This document shows positions 25,201 to 36,900 of a stretch of 64,000 nucleotides of DNA, piece by piece. Source of the stretch: Eledone cirrhosa (taxonomy: Eukaryota); assembly GCA_964016885.1 (NCBI GenBank), contig OZ024746.1:16740001-16804000 (forward strand). Reading direction: 5' to 3'. The stretch's first letter is position 1; each line of letters starts with the position of its first letter. The notes under the pieces are model-generated. The model saw only the letters and a list, made by a program, of their open reading frames with translations. It made no database searches and was not told the origin of the DNA. The translations under genes and the position numbers were made by a program.

Positions 25201-28200
25201 AATCATATATACCCACTATTGGGTATATGTTCTTCTCTAAGTATAAACTTTTCTCTTTTGGTTGTTATTCTTGCCATATAACAATTGTGGGGAGGGGTAT
25301 TTGTTGTGGTTGGGTTCTGTAGGAAAAATTAATACAAAGAAAAGGGATCTTTGATAGTGAAAATGTTGGGAACTATAGACTCAAGTTTTGGTTTCAATTC
25401 TTGAATAAAGCCATTTCTATTGGGGAAGACCGTCTAACCCATGCTAGCGTGGAAAGTGGACGTTAAACGAAGATGATGATGATGATCAAAAGTTATCAAC
25501 TCCACCACCACTAATTCCATGAAACTTACAGCGAGATAAATCAATAGTATTTAATTACTGAATGAAAATTAATGCCACTGTGCTGACTCCATACATAATC
25601 CATCATCTTCAAATGAACATGTAAGTCGTTAAGTATTGTACTGACATGTGTTCCCTTAATGAGGTTTAAGGATGGGTCTTTATATTACAGGTACAATTGT
25701 AGCTTTTCATGTCAGATGAATATTCCACAGACATGTGTACCTTTGATGAGACAACGGTCTACAGCAAGGATAGGTCTTTGTATTACAGGTACAATTGTGG
25801 CCTTTTCAACTGTTTCAACAACCCAGTTTCATTCACAGGACCTGGATCAATCTTAGCCTATAGTAAAAGACATCTGTCCAAGATGCCTTGGAATTATAAA
25901 TACATTCAGAGTTCAAATCCTGCCATGGTTAACATTATCTTCATCGTTGAAGTACTAATCAAGTACTGGGATTGATAAAATAAAGTACAAATTACTGACT
26001 CTTTGCCTAGATTAGAAATCATTATTATATGATTGGCAGTATCGGTAGAGGGTCGGACGCCATAGTTACGTCCCTTTACGATCTGAGCTCAAATCCCGCC
26101 GAGGTTGACTTTGCCTTTCATCCTTACGGGGTCGATAAAATAAAGTACAAGTAATGCACTGGGTAATTGCTGGCCTTGTGCCTAAAGTAGAAACAATTAT
26201 TATTATTTTTGGCAGTATCGGTAGAGGGTCAGACCCTTTATAATCCGAGTTCAACTTTGCCATTTATCCTTACGGGGGTTGATAAAATAAAGTACCAGTT
26301 ACCAGTCATGCACTGGGATCGATTTAATCGACTTTCCCCTCCCCAAAATTACTGGCCTTGTGCCTACACTAGAAACAATTATTATTATTAATGTCTGTTT
26401 TCCATTGTTACTTTGTAAGCTGGCTCAATACTTCTGTTCTGGGACAATAACTGACAAGAATGAATATCGACATTATGCTTTAAACGTTCCTCTCTACACT
26501 CACTTCACTTCACCCATTCGACGATATGCTGATGTCATTGTTCACAGATTGTTAGCTGCTGCCCTCAGTAAGATTTCACCTTTTCTAACATCTGAGGGAT
26601 ATGTGTGTGTGAATTGATGTTGTTTAACCCCAGGTTTGATCCTGGACTACATTACCGAATTAACAGCAATGCTAATAAAGCTTGGTTCATGATAGATGTG
26701 TATATGACAGGTTTGTATATAATAAACATACAATAGTTTTGCTATTATAATGTTAGACACATGTTTTGGGATTTTTATCCTTCATCAGTTATGTTTACTC
26801 ACTGCACATCTTGGGGAAAATGTGTTGGTTGGACCCAAGCTTTGTGAGTGAAATTGGGTAGAGAGAAACTATGTGGAAGCCCATCGGATGTACTGTTATA
26901 TATTGTTACATTGATTTGGTTTAGGAATTACGTTAATAAAATACACTGCCTGTAATTTTCAAATCAGTGAAAATAATCAAGAATTTGGAGGGATTTAGTA
27001 ATAAAACTAACTTTCTCATTGCCAGGTTGATGTTTGGAATATCCAGTTGATCAAACAGCTGAATGTTCATCATCAAAACAGGATATTTGTAATTATGTTT
27101 ACATACTTGTGATTAAACAGGTTACACACCACCTATCCAACAATCTGCAAGAGAGATGGAAAAACAGGCACAACACTGTAATGATAAGAAGACTGCTTCA
27201 AAACGTGCACAGGAGTTAAGCTGCGAAATTTTCCTTGCTGCCTTTATTCAGGTGAGTTCTTATAATATTTATAAAGTTAACTACTTACTTGCCAGAATTC
27301 TCTCACCTCTTTCTGTTCAAACCAGCTGATGTTATGGCATTGTTTTCAATATTATGTGAGATAATTATATAATAATAGAGTTATGTAAATACTAAAGGGT
27401 TAAACCACTCATCCAAGTTAAAACTTTCCATATATTTGTATGTTTTGTTGTTACAAATACAATCTTTTTTAATTAATAATTGAGTAAATCCCTCCAAATT
27501 CTTTATTAATTTAAATATTGTGTATTTCATTAGGAATTTGATAACAAAAAGGTTTATTTTGTATTTCCTTGGTTCCACCTCATGGTCAGTGGTGTCTTTT
27601 TGAAAAAAAAAAATTTGTTTATTCAAAAATGTTCTTTCATTTTAGGCCAGTGGTCCTTTATATGAGAAAGGAATGGTGATGGCTATCCTTAACCATGCCT
27701 TCGATGTATATATTCTCAGACTTGGTGTTGTTAAAAGAGTCTACTGCAACGTAAGTTGTTTCCTTTCATTTACTGTTAGAGCATCAAATTTTAAGTTTCA
27801 ATATTTGTTACACCTCTCTGCATTCTGAGTTCAAATCTCACCAAAGTTAAGTTTGTCTTTCATCCTTTTGAGGTCTATAAATAAAGTACCAGTCCATGTA
27901 CTAAGGTTGATTCTTCCTCTTTCTGAAAGAAATTGTCTTTGTTTAAACCTAGAGAAGAATGAACTCTGCCAAGTTTAAAATGTTCAAGACTTGCTTTGTC
28001 ATGACAGCACTGGGTGTATTTTAACATAACATCAACACTAACAGGTTGTCATGTTTTTGATGTGGCTGAAGAGTCCTCTCACCCCTATATTGGCATGGTT
28101 TTGATGGCTGGATACACATTCAAACAGCAAATGCAAGCTGATTAGTTACTTCAACATTCGTTATTAGAGTTCTTCCATATTTTTACCAATGGTGCAGATA

Positions 28201-28701
28201 TTTTGAATTGTTTTACAGAAATTAGATCTCCATACTCACACTGCATTCAAGAGGAAAAAACTCCCAATGTTGAGGCTTCACTGGAAAGAGAATGACCACA
28301 TGCAGGAAATTGGGATTTTTACTTTGGTTAAGTGTATTTTAAAGACAGATACAGAACCACTTAAATGGATGGTAAGTAACTTTACCTTCTAAACAGGTTG
28401 AACTCTTTCATTACTATATTTCTATTGAGATAAATAACCAATTATTTTTTAATTAGTTTGAAAATAAGTTAATTTAAGTATTATCTCTTGATTTTTAGCA
28501 AGAAATATATATCTAATTTTCTAAGGAGACAAACATCAAATGCACTCACACATATATATATCAGAATAAACTGTGGTCTTAGAGAAATTGTATGGCAGAA
28601 AAATGTATTTGACTTACATGATTGAAAAGTAAATGTAATTTAGTACTATAAAATTTTTTAATATATTATTTCAGGCTACGATAACTCATCCCCAACTGTG
28701 A
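4511..28701 (+). CDS. DIS3L2: DIS3-like exonuclease 2 (RNase II/RNB family 3'-5' exoribonuclease), 26 coding exons, about 1188 aa
   Basis: Phase-consistent GT-AG exons: 4511-5234, 7576-7727, 8711-8780, 10031(or 10094)-10206, 10392-10442, 10711-10764, 11344-11445, 12328-12575, 14186-14312, 15082-15220, 16086-16173, 17241-17340, 18169-18331, 18933-19045, 19854-19961, 20057-20125, 20531-20635, 21006-21142, 23645-23768, 24354-24413, 24813-24905, 26420-26567, 27121-27251, 27646-27750, 28219-28371, 28675-28701 (TGA). Motifs: CSD1 [24 protein letters not shown]; catalytic [14 protein letters not shown]; [59 protein letters not shown]; no PIN domain, as expected for DIS3L2. Exons 1-4 are linked on splice sites and phase only. 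Confidence 0.93.
6234..6420 (-). mobile_element. Young tRNA-derived SINE with 14-bp target-site duplication
   Basis: TSD ctgtatataataat at 6220-6233 and 6421-6434; B-box gagttcaaatccc; body ggttgactttgcctttcatccttacggggtcgataaaataaagtacc recurs many times in the window. Confidence 0.85.
6725..6806 (+). pseudogene. tRNA-Leu(AAG) pseudogene inside a TSD-flanked insert
   Basis: D arm tggccgagcggtctaag, anticodon arm CTGGT-TTAAGGC-ACCAG (AAG), long variable arm and T arm gtgggttcgaattccac are recognisable. The acceptor stem (GGTAACA / CACTGAC) has 4 mismatches, so it is unlikely to be functional. Confidence 0.8.
7175..7406 (+). mobile_element. tRNA-derived SINE (same family as 6234-6420, opposite orientation)
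   Basis: agggcagtggattgacagtatcggtagagcgtcaga..gagttcaaatccc..gcctttcatccttacggggttgataaaataaag..gtgcctaaagtagaaac, then an (ATC)n tail. Confidence 0.8.
11563..12223. repeat. 48-bp minisatellite, about 13.7 copies, derived from a SINE-internal segment
   Basis: Unit gtactggt(g/t)ccatgataaaatacacccagtacaccctgtaaagtggta; the same motif occurs singly in SINE bodies (e.g. 56885-56927, 16608-16650). Confidence 0.95.
13261..13460 (+). mobile_element. Penelope-like pLTR relic, fold-back palindrome around a broken hammerhead ribozyme
   Basis: 30-bp perfect inverted repeat 13299-13328 / 13429-13458. Centre: TGATGA (13358-13363), helix II aagcgcacca..tggttgccctt, GAAA (13395-13398), tatgta-TA, ataaaataa. 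Flanked by (TA)n; carries the agcactcaacag motif also seen at 36518. Confidence 0.65.
14760..15062. repeat. About 62-bp tandem repeat, about 5 copies, ending just before the DIS3L2 exon 10 acceptor
   Basis: Unit agactaactacagtacaattgagatatatatgaggtcagttatgtctaagctattttagtga, with starts at 14761, 14823, 14885, 14943 and 15005. Confidence 0.9.
16195..16295. repeat. About 35-bp tandem repeat, 3 copies
   Basis: taactcttacatgtatgaagt(g/a)ttgtttgagaaag repeated just after the exon 11 donor. Confidence 0.8.
16826..17212 (-). mobile_element. 3' fragment of an RTE-like non-LTR retrotransposon inserted in (TA)n
   Basis: ORF ..[60 protein letters not shown] is a typical RT C-terminal region with an internal deletion; TA repeats on both sides; ends 28 bp before exon 12. 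Confidence 0.8.
18355..18720. repeat. Compound TA/CA/CT minisatellite, about 40-bp unit
   Basis: Repeated tatatacacacttgtatacactctctctttttaaatata. Confidence 0.8.
19598..19874 (+). repeat. About 51-bp tandem repeat made of the DIS3L2 exon 15 splice acceptor plus exon start
   Basis: Unit aactaatgtctctctct..aaatctAG(g)ttacccctatgttacaccaatat; AGs end at 19606, 19647, 19696, 19748 and 19801, and the real acceptor ends at 19853 (followed by GTAATTCCTATGTTACCCCAA). Confidence 0.9.
21657..23500 (+). mobile_element. 5'-truncated RTE-clade LINE (reverse transcriptase with C4HC3 PHD-like insert), one frameshift
   Basis: ORF with [53 protein letters not shown] (22519-22530), FRYLG, LHGSETW. Frameshift near 23160 continues into [20 protein letters not shown]; (ATG)n tail at about 23485-23500; no endonuclease domain present. 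Lies in DIS3L2 intron 18. Confidence 0.93.
26031..26390 (+). mobile_element. Two tandem tRNA-derived SINE copies
   Basis: gattggcagtatcggtagagggtcggacg.. (26031-26206) followed by an internally deleted copy (26209-26390), each with an (ATT)n tail; same family as 6234-6420. Confidence 0.8.
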
Positions 28702-29112
28702 TATATTCAACAATGAAAGGTTTAAACCCCAGTTAAGGTGTCACACTCACTGGAGATAAAAAAAACATCAACTCCTATCACACTGTGGACTTTTATTTTA
28801 AAAAAAAAATTTTTAATAATTCAAAAACACTTTTTTTAATATTATAGTAAAAATATATATTTAAATTTGAATAACATTTTAATTTAAGAACAATTTGGAA
28901 TGAATTGACTTTTAGTTGAATGAAGGAATTTTTACTGTCCATCTCCCCAGGAATATGTTTTATGATTTGCTCTCCTCACCACTGTACCACAAAGATCTCA
29001 GTCCCCATTTTAAGATGTCAATGGTATTGTAGAATAACGAAGAATGTTGGTAGATTATCCTACAATTCCGCCTGTATGTACAGTTTCGCCCATAATGGGC
29101 TCAATGTAACCA

Positions 29113-29118
29113 AATAAA
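29113..29118 (+). promoter_or_regulatory. Candidate polyadenylation signal of DIS3L2
   Basis: First canonical AATAAA downstream of the TGA at 28701. Confidence 0.45.
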
Positions 29119-29309
29119 ATCTTTTCATTAAAAATTAATTTTTGTAATTTAAATTTCTTTTTAACCCTTTTGATATTAAACCACCTTTAATTCTTTCATA
29201 CAATTATAATGTGATGTGAAAGTAAATCAGCCATTATATTACCTTAGAAATATGATAACAAGAGGGTTTAATTCAAAATACCTTGAGTTCATTGTCTCTT
29301 TTACTTGTG

Positions 29310-30900
29310 TCAAAGTTCTTTACCAGCTTTTAACATTATAGCAAGTAATGCAGGATCTTCTGCCCAGTTAATGCCACTTCCTGTTACTAAGTTCTGCAGA
29401 ATATATTGGAAAACTCTGGTCTGGTTTTTCAGTTTCGTTAAAGCTTCCAGGAGGCTGAAATTTAGGAATCAGTTACAAATAGGTGTAGGCATAGCTATGT
29501 GATTAAGAAGTTAGCTTTACAATCTCACTGCATGGCATCTAGAGCAAGCAATAACTATAACCTCAGATCAATGCTTTGTGAGTGGATACATCTTTATATA
29601 ATCAATATATTCCACTAAAATGAATGGTATATATCGTTATTTAAAACCTGTTTTCCCTGCTAGCAAGGGCTGAACAGCTTGTCACAGACCAAGTTAGTGA
29701 CCTTTCAGACAGGCCACATCTTGCATTTAATCATGGCAATTTCCATGTATTTGATATAACTGATGAGTCATTTGTGTGGGAAGTTTCCTATGGCTGGATG
29801 CCCTAACACTAGAGAGATTGTCTTGGCATTAGGCTGTAGAAAAAAACCTACCTCATCCAACTCACAACAGCATGTAAAAACAATGTTAACATAAAGATAA
29901 TTTAATTTACCTGCTTTCTTCTGTTTGCATATTATAATTCTCCACAACATTCTTGAGATTTTGGTTTGTAGATTCCAAAGACAGCATCAGTTCACGGTTC
30001 TCACTCATAGTTCCTAAAGAGGGAGAATAGTTAGTGAACATTTTAAATCAAAATATATTTGTTTCATAATGGATATTTTTCATTTAACTTGCTTGATATT
30101 TTAAAAGTATTTCTTTCATTAAAAATAATTCTCCAGGATAAAATTATGATGTAGCTAATAAGGTTACAGTTAAACCTCAGTTTCAACTAATGAAAAAACA
30201 GACATTAAAACAGTCATGACCTGCAATACAAGGTACCCAGTATATTCTGTAAAGAGGTTGGTGTTAAGAAGGACATCCAGCTAGAGAAACCATGTCAACA
30301 ATAGGGCATATGAATAAGATATGGTCCTCTAACCCATCCAATCCATACCAGCATTGATTGGATGGACATATATGTACCAAGGTGAAAATAAACATTCTGA
30401 AACTAATAACAATACCCTAACATTAATTATAAATATACTTAAATCAAGGCAGAAAATTATTAGAATGTCAGAATGATTCTCAGTATTTGTTTCAGCTCAC
30501 AAACATTGTAAAAGATAGTTGACTTACTTAAGTTCTGAATTTTCGTTTCATCAACTTGAGATTGAAGGTCAGCCAACACCTGTAGTAAAAATCATTTAAA
30601 CATTATTCCAAAAACTTATTCAATGTTATAAGGCCATATCATGTTTAACTGTTTTCATACCATATCTTTACATAATATAAAAGAAAGATGTTTGTAGGTT
30701 GGTTCCTTTGCACATCACAGAAAAACAAAAAGTGACAATCGAAAGGAAGGTTTATTGATACTAATTTTACAACATCAAAGAAGAAAAACATCCAAGGTAT
30801 ACTTACCAACCTGACTGCTATTTCTAGCAAGTTGGGAGACAACCATAAGAGCTTCTCTCTGCGCATTTGTTATCAATGATGATCCTGATTCGAACGCTGG

Positions 30901-30937
<37 letters not shown>

Positions 30938-33900
30938 TTATACTGTAAACCAGACAATCCATCCAATACAGTCGTTTTCTCTTCTACCTGTCTTCTCTTA
31001 TCATTTGTTTACCCAAGCAAAGCTGGGTACCTCAGCTAGTATCTAATAAAAGACACTCACTAGGATTTCTAAATTTCAAGAATATTTTAAAATAAGATTT
31101 GTATCATAAAACTGGAAGGGGTTTGCTATCATGAGTTAACACAACAGTAAAAACATTGCTTAGTTTTAATGACTTAAGACATTTGAATGAATTTTTATTG
31201 TTTGGTCAGGAATAAGTTTAGTTGAGCTGTTTCATAGAGATAGTTTCATCACATTTGTGAGAATTTACAATGGTCTAAACTACTATAAATACTGGGTAGT
31301 TATAGTAATTTAGACAAGCAAGGATAGAAAACATTATTTAACTTTTAGCATCCTGTAATTTGAGAAATGCTGTGCTGAGAAGGACCTGTCCAACCTGTGC
31401 AAGCATGGAACAATGAACATAAAATGATGATGGCTATTTAGCAGAAAATATCTAAATATGAGCTTGTTAATTCAAATATTTATGGTATCATTACTGGTGG
31501 ACAGATTGTGAAATTTTGCTGTAATTTTTTATTTGATGCCATCATAGTGCTGTTCTGTACTTTTCACCAAAATATAAGCTGATATTATTATCAAGTGATG
31601 TTAGTCACAAGACCACAAATTTGAGGGAAGAGAGGAAAAAAGTCAATTATATTAACCCAGTACTTGATTGGTACTATATTTTATGGACCACTAGAAAGCT
31701 AACAGGCAAAGTTGACCTTCACAGGATTTGAACTCATAACATAAAAAACTAGAACAAATATCACAAAATATTTTGTCCAACCCTCTAAGCAATTCTATCA
31801 ATCCACCTTTTTAGATAAATCCAGAGCAGAAAACAAAAAATTTACCTTCTGTTTTTCAAGAATTTTTACTGATAATTCACGTTGAGTTTCAAGAAGTGAT
31901 TCTAATTCCTTGCTACAAAGATAAATAAATATTATAAACATTTCTTTGAAAAGGAATTCACGCATAAAAAAAAGAGGTAAGATAAAGGACATTTAACTCC
32001 TAACAGAGTTATAGGGATGCCATCTTGACAGTCTTACGCAGTTTTAAACCTATCAGAGTTCATTACTGTTCAATTTCTTCCAAAGAAAGAAAGAGGGAGA
32101 ATTGGCCCCAATATTGAGCTGATACTTTATTGACATTGAAAGGATAAAAGGCAAAGTTGACCTTGGTGGGATTTGAACACAGAGTGTAGTGTTCTGGAAG
32201 AAATACTGATGTATTCATTGTTTCCATTGGTCTTTCTATTACTGATATTATTTGCTGGTCCCATTCCTGGAAGGAGGAGGTAGGATTTGAACTCAGAATG
32301 TACAGATCTGAATCAGATACCATCCAACTTTACCCATCTATTGCCACTGGACTGGACTGCTATTTTATTTATCCACCTCAAAAGAATGAAAGTTGAACTC
32401 AGAGCCAAAACAAATACTGAAGCATTTAATTTGGCAGTCTAATGACCTTGACAATCCACTGCTTAAATGAAGCCTTGTGAGATATGTGGTTAAAATTATT
32501 TCAGAAAAGCATGTAGAAAAAGTGAATATAGCAAAAGGCTCTCTTCTCACCACCATCACATTCTAAAAAAGTGTCCTAACCCTGAAATATTATGAAATAT
32601 AAGATAAAAGTGTAAACTGTTGTTTTGTCTTTCTTTATTCCTGTTTCACACTTTTATTTCCAACTTGTGCAGTACTGACTAGCATAAAACAATTTTAACC
32701 AAATTTATATTTATTAACCCTTTTAATACCAAATCACCTGAAACCACCCCTGGTTTTATGATACAATTCTGTTTTAAGGTGTTTATATTCATCTAACAAT
32801 CTTGATTGTGTTCCAAGCACCAATTTAATGAGAAAGTTAGTTATATTACTAAATCCCTTCAAATTTTTTTATTATTTTCAAAAATATTTTAAAATCATAG
32901 GCAGGTGATGCTATTAAGTTAGACATGGCCTGGAGCAATACTGGCCGAAACCTATAAAAATAATTAAAGTGTCTTTCATAAGAAATATGGTAACAAACAA
33001 GTTAATAATGAGAAGGTTAGTTACTAAATCTCTCAAAATTATTTTAAAAACATATGCAGTATCTTCCATTAAAAATAGAGTAATGAAAGGGTTAATAATG
33101 AGGAGGTTAGTTATATTACTAAATCTCTCAAAATTAAAAATTATTTGAAAATCATAGGCAATGTATTTCATTAGAAATATGGCAATGACAGGGTTGTTCA
33201 CTCTCTATTACGTGTTTCCGCCTTCTATCATAATGTAAGAACCTTTGTTAAATTGTTTTAAACACCAGGTTAATAAGGAGAATGTTAGTTATATTACTAA
33301 ATCCTTCCAAATTCTTGATTAGTGTTTTTTTTATAAGGAATATGGTGATGAAGGGTTTATGTAAATATTCCAAACTTACCTAACATTAGGATCTCTTAAT
33401 TTATCTTTCTCAAAGAGATTATCAATCAATACATGACCAATTTGCAATCTGAAAAACAAAAGTTCAATCATCATAACCTCTTTTGACTGCTCTTAATCTG
33501 GGAAGGACTCCTTATTTCTTCAGGGCCTCTGAGATTGGTTATAGGAAGTAAGATATTGTCATAATAGGGACTTGACCTAAATACTTGCAACAGAATGGAC
33601 TCTACTTCAGGAACTCAACATATAAAGAGCCAAAATAAACATTCCATAAGACATTCCATCCGATACTAACTATTCTGCCAATCCACCACTCTAGACTGAT
33701 ACTACCATGAAAAATTAGGCAGGATTTGAACTCACAGTACAGAATACCGGAATAAATACCACAAGGCATGTCCTATGCTCTAACAACTCAATCAATTTGC
33801 TACCTGATTAGATGGTGGGGGAAAGTCTTGCCAGACTAACTCATCCAAGATAAAGGAAGTTGACTTAAATTGTATCCTAATGATATGATGTGTATGACGA

Positions 33901-36900
33901 GGAAAGGAGGACACATACTCAATGGTAATATAGATGTCTTAAGTTAATGTAGAGATCTGTAGCCGGAACAAGGAACCAGCCAATCTCTCATCATTTCTCT
34001 CTCCGATCAGGGATACCTGCTAAGAGGCTTCAATGGATGTGCAATGTTAATGTGCATGAAAATGAAGCATGGATGAGCTGAGAGAGAAACCGGGAATAAG
34101 AGGAATCAGATATAATGTTTGTATATCTAAGTGATGTGTATGAATGATGATTTTGGGGTGAAGAAGTGCCAAGAAATTCCAGTGGAAGGAAGTTGCAGTA
34201 GAGTAAAACCAACGAAGACTTGGACACAAGTGATGAGAACTGATCTCAAATTGCTGAAGCTCACAAAGGAGAAGATGAAGGAAAACAATTGGAAGGAAGC
34301 TGTATCGGAAAATACCAGTCCAACCTATGCAAACATTGAAAAACATGTATGATTATGATTATAAAAAAACCACACAACAAAAATATAAGCCAATAAGGGA
34401 ACCTTTTCATAGCTGCTTGATTTGCTCGTAATAGCAGTCAACTCTCTTTCAAATTACATCATACAATCTTAAAAGAGAACATAGTCCTAGATGTCTGAAA
34501 AATAAACAAAATGGTCTGCTTGATCTGGACTAATCCAGGAGTCAAGAACAAAGGAAAACAAAACAAAAAAAAACATGGTCTTGAAAAATGGTTCTATAAC
34601 ACAAAATTGTTTATCTTCAAACATTTCATCATAATTTTATGGAAAACCCTTTATTAAATTATGCTTTAGAGACCAGCTGAATAATTAAAGAGTTAGTTAT
34701 ATTACTAAATCCCTCTATATATGGTAACAAAAGGGCTAAAAGCTAAAAGCTTACCTTTCAATTGTCATTCTCCTTCGAGAATCTTTGCAGGCCTGTAAGA
34801 TGACTTCTTTTAACAGGTCACTGGTTCTGAGAAAAATAGAATTTCATTAATAATTTTTATTTTAATTGGTACTGACAAAGATAAATGTAAAGTGCTCTTA
34901 ACTCCTGGCGGAGTCATAGGGACACTGTCTTGGGTACTTTAGCTCTTTAGCATTTATATTACTCTATTTTTATTATTATATTTTCAGGGTAAAGGCTTTA
35001 TAATATCAAATCTGAGATTTTGAGAACAATACCTTAACATCAGTATGAGTGGCCAGTTACAGCCAGTTTGAACAAAAAGAGGTGAGAGAATTCTGGCCGG
35101 ATATGGTTGGTTTAAATGCTAAAGGGTTAAAGTTGGTGGAGCCCATCCCTTCTCCAGGTCTAATCACAGTTGATTTCTTCCAAAGAGTGAGAGAGAGGAT
35201 TTAAGAAAGAGATATAGAGAAAGAATTGACCTAGTACTGGATTGGTATTTTTTTATCAACCTCAAAATGATGAATGGCAAAGTTGACTTCAGTGGGATTT
35301 GAACTCAGAGTGCTGGAATAAATACTGTAAAACAATCTACCAGATATTTTAATGACTGCCAATTTGCTGCCTATCTTAAATGATGTACAACATTTTTCCT
35401 CTGCTAATTACTGATCTTCTTTAGCCCACACTGTAAAGTGGTAGTGCTTGTGCCACAATCAAATGTACCCAGCTCCCTATGTAAAGTGATAGTGTTGGTG
35501 CCATGGGAAAACGAACCTGGTACATGCTGTGAAATTGGTGGTGTTAGGAGAGGCATCCAACTGTAGAACCCATGCCAAACAGGAATGAGCAAGACAGTCA
35601 TCTGATCTGCCTGTCTAGCGTCAGAGTGTGACAACCTGTCTAACCTATGCTAGCATGAAAAACACATGTAAAATGGTGATGATGATGTTTAGCCTTAGCC
35701 CCTAAGGAAGAACTTATTAATGATATACTCCTATGGACACCGTGCCATATATATACCTGTGCTGGCCATCCAGCAAAACCCTCCACTGATCAGCTCTGTA
35801 CAGACATGGGATGTTGCTCTGCTGACCTATTAAATGCTATGTGGGATCAAGAAGGTTGATTTAACAGAGTCAAATAAATCTGAGTAAGTTTAAGTAGTGT
35901 AACTGTTGAGAAAATAAAAATGTTTAAATGATTCTTACAAACCACACTTACTGGGATTCACTTTCTGAGTCTAATTCTGATGTTTCTACAAAAAATAAGA
36001 CAGAATAACTTTTTATTCAACACATATATGTACACACATCATCATCATTGTACCTCTTTATATATATATATATATATATATAGGAACGAGTAGGACCCCG
36101 AAGGCTGAGCTCGAGCCGTTTCGACGGCTAATTCTGGACTAAAGAATTAGCCGTCGAAACGGCTTGAGCTCAGCCGTCGGGGTCCTACTCGTTCCTATTA
36201 CCCACTCTACTACCCTAAGTATTGAGTACTCTGGTGCGTTATGGTCCACCTGGTTCCTTACCACATTTCCTCCGTTATATATATATATATTAGAAAGTGA
36301 GGTTTTTTTTACAAAATGAAAAATAACCGGTGTCCTACACGAGTGAAAGTATAAAGAAAAAAAGATGAAATCGAAAATGCAACTGGAGTCTTATAATAAA
36401 TATATATATTTTTTTAAAAGACTCCAGTTGCATTTTCGATTTCATCTTTTTTTATATATATATGTATGAGGTGAGTTTTATTGTAGCACAATAATGCAAT
36501 GCAAATATCGGATAAGTAGCACTCAACAGTTTATAGGACTGGAGTATAAATAATATAAAATCAAAAGATAAAATTAAAAGATGGCCATAATATAAAATTA
36601 AAAGATGGTCATATGGTCCTTAAAGGACAAAAATATTAACTACACCTCTTGGAGAAAGGTTTGCAACGCCTCTCCTTACCTTAATTCTTCCCTATCCAGC
36701 ACATGTAATCTCTGCCTAGCGGAGAAATTTACCATTATCTCTAATTTCAATTCTATAATAAATAGACGTACGGATTTATTTTCGCTCTGCTTGCATAAAT
36801 CCCATAGAACTTTTCATAAAGTATACAGCTAATATCTTACTACCTAATTAGTTTAAAATATCTTTCTCAAACACTTTTATATTTTTTACAAATATACCCA

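Noticed and set aside
28699-28716. Selenocysteine or read-through at the DIS3L2 TGA
   Set aside because: A second in-frame TGA follows 5 codons later and I saw no SECIS-like structure.
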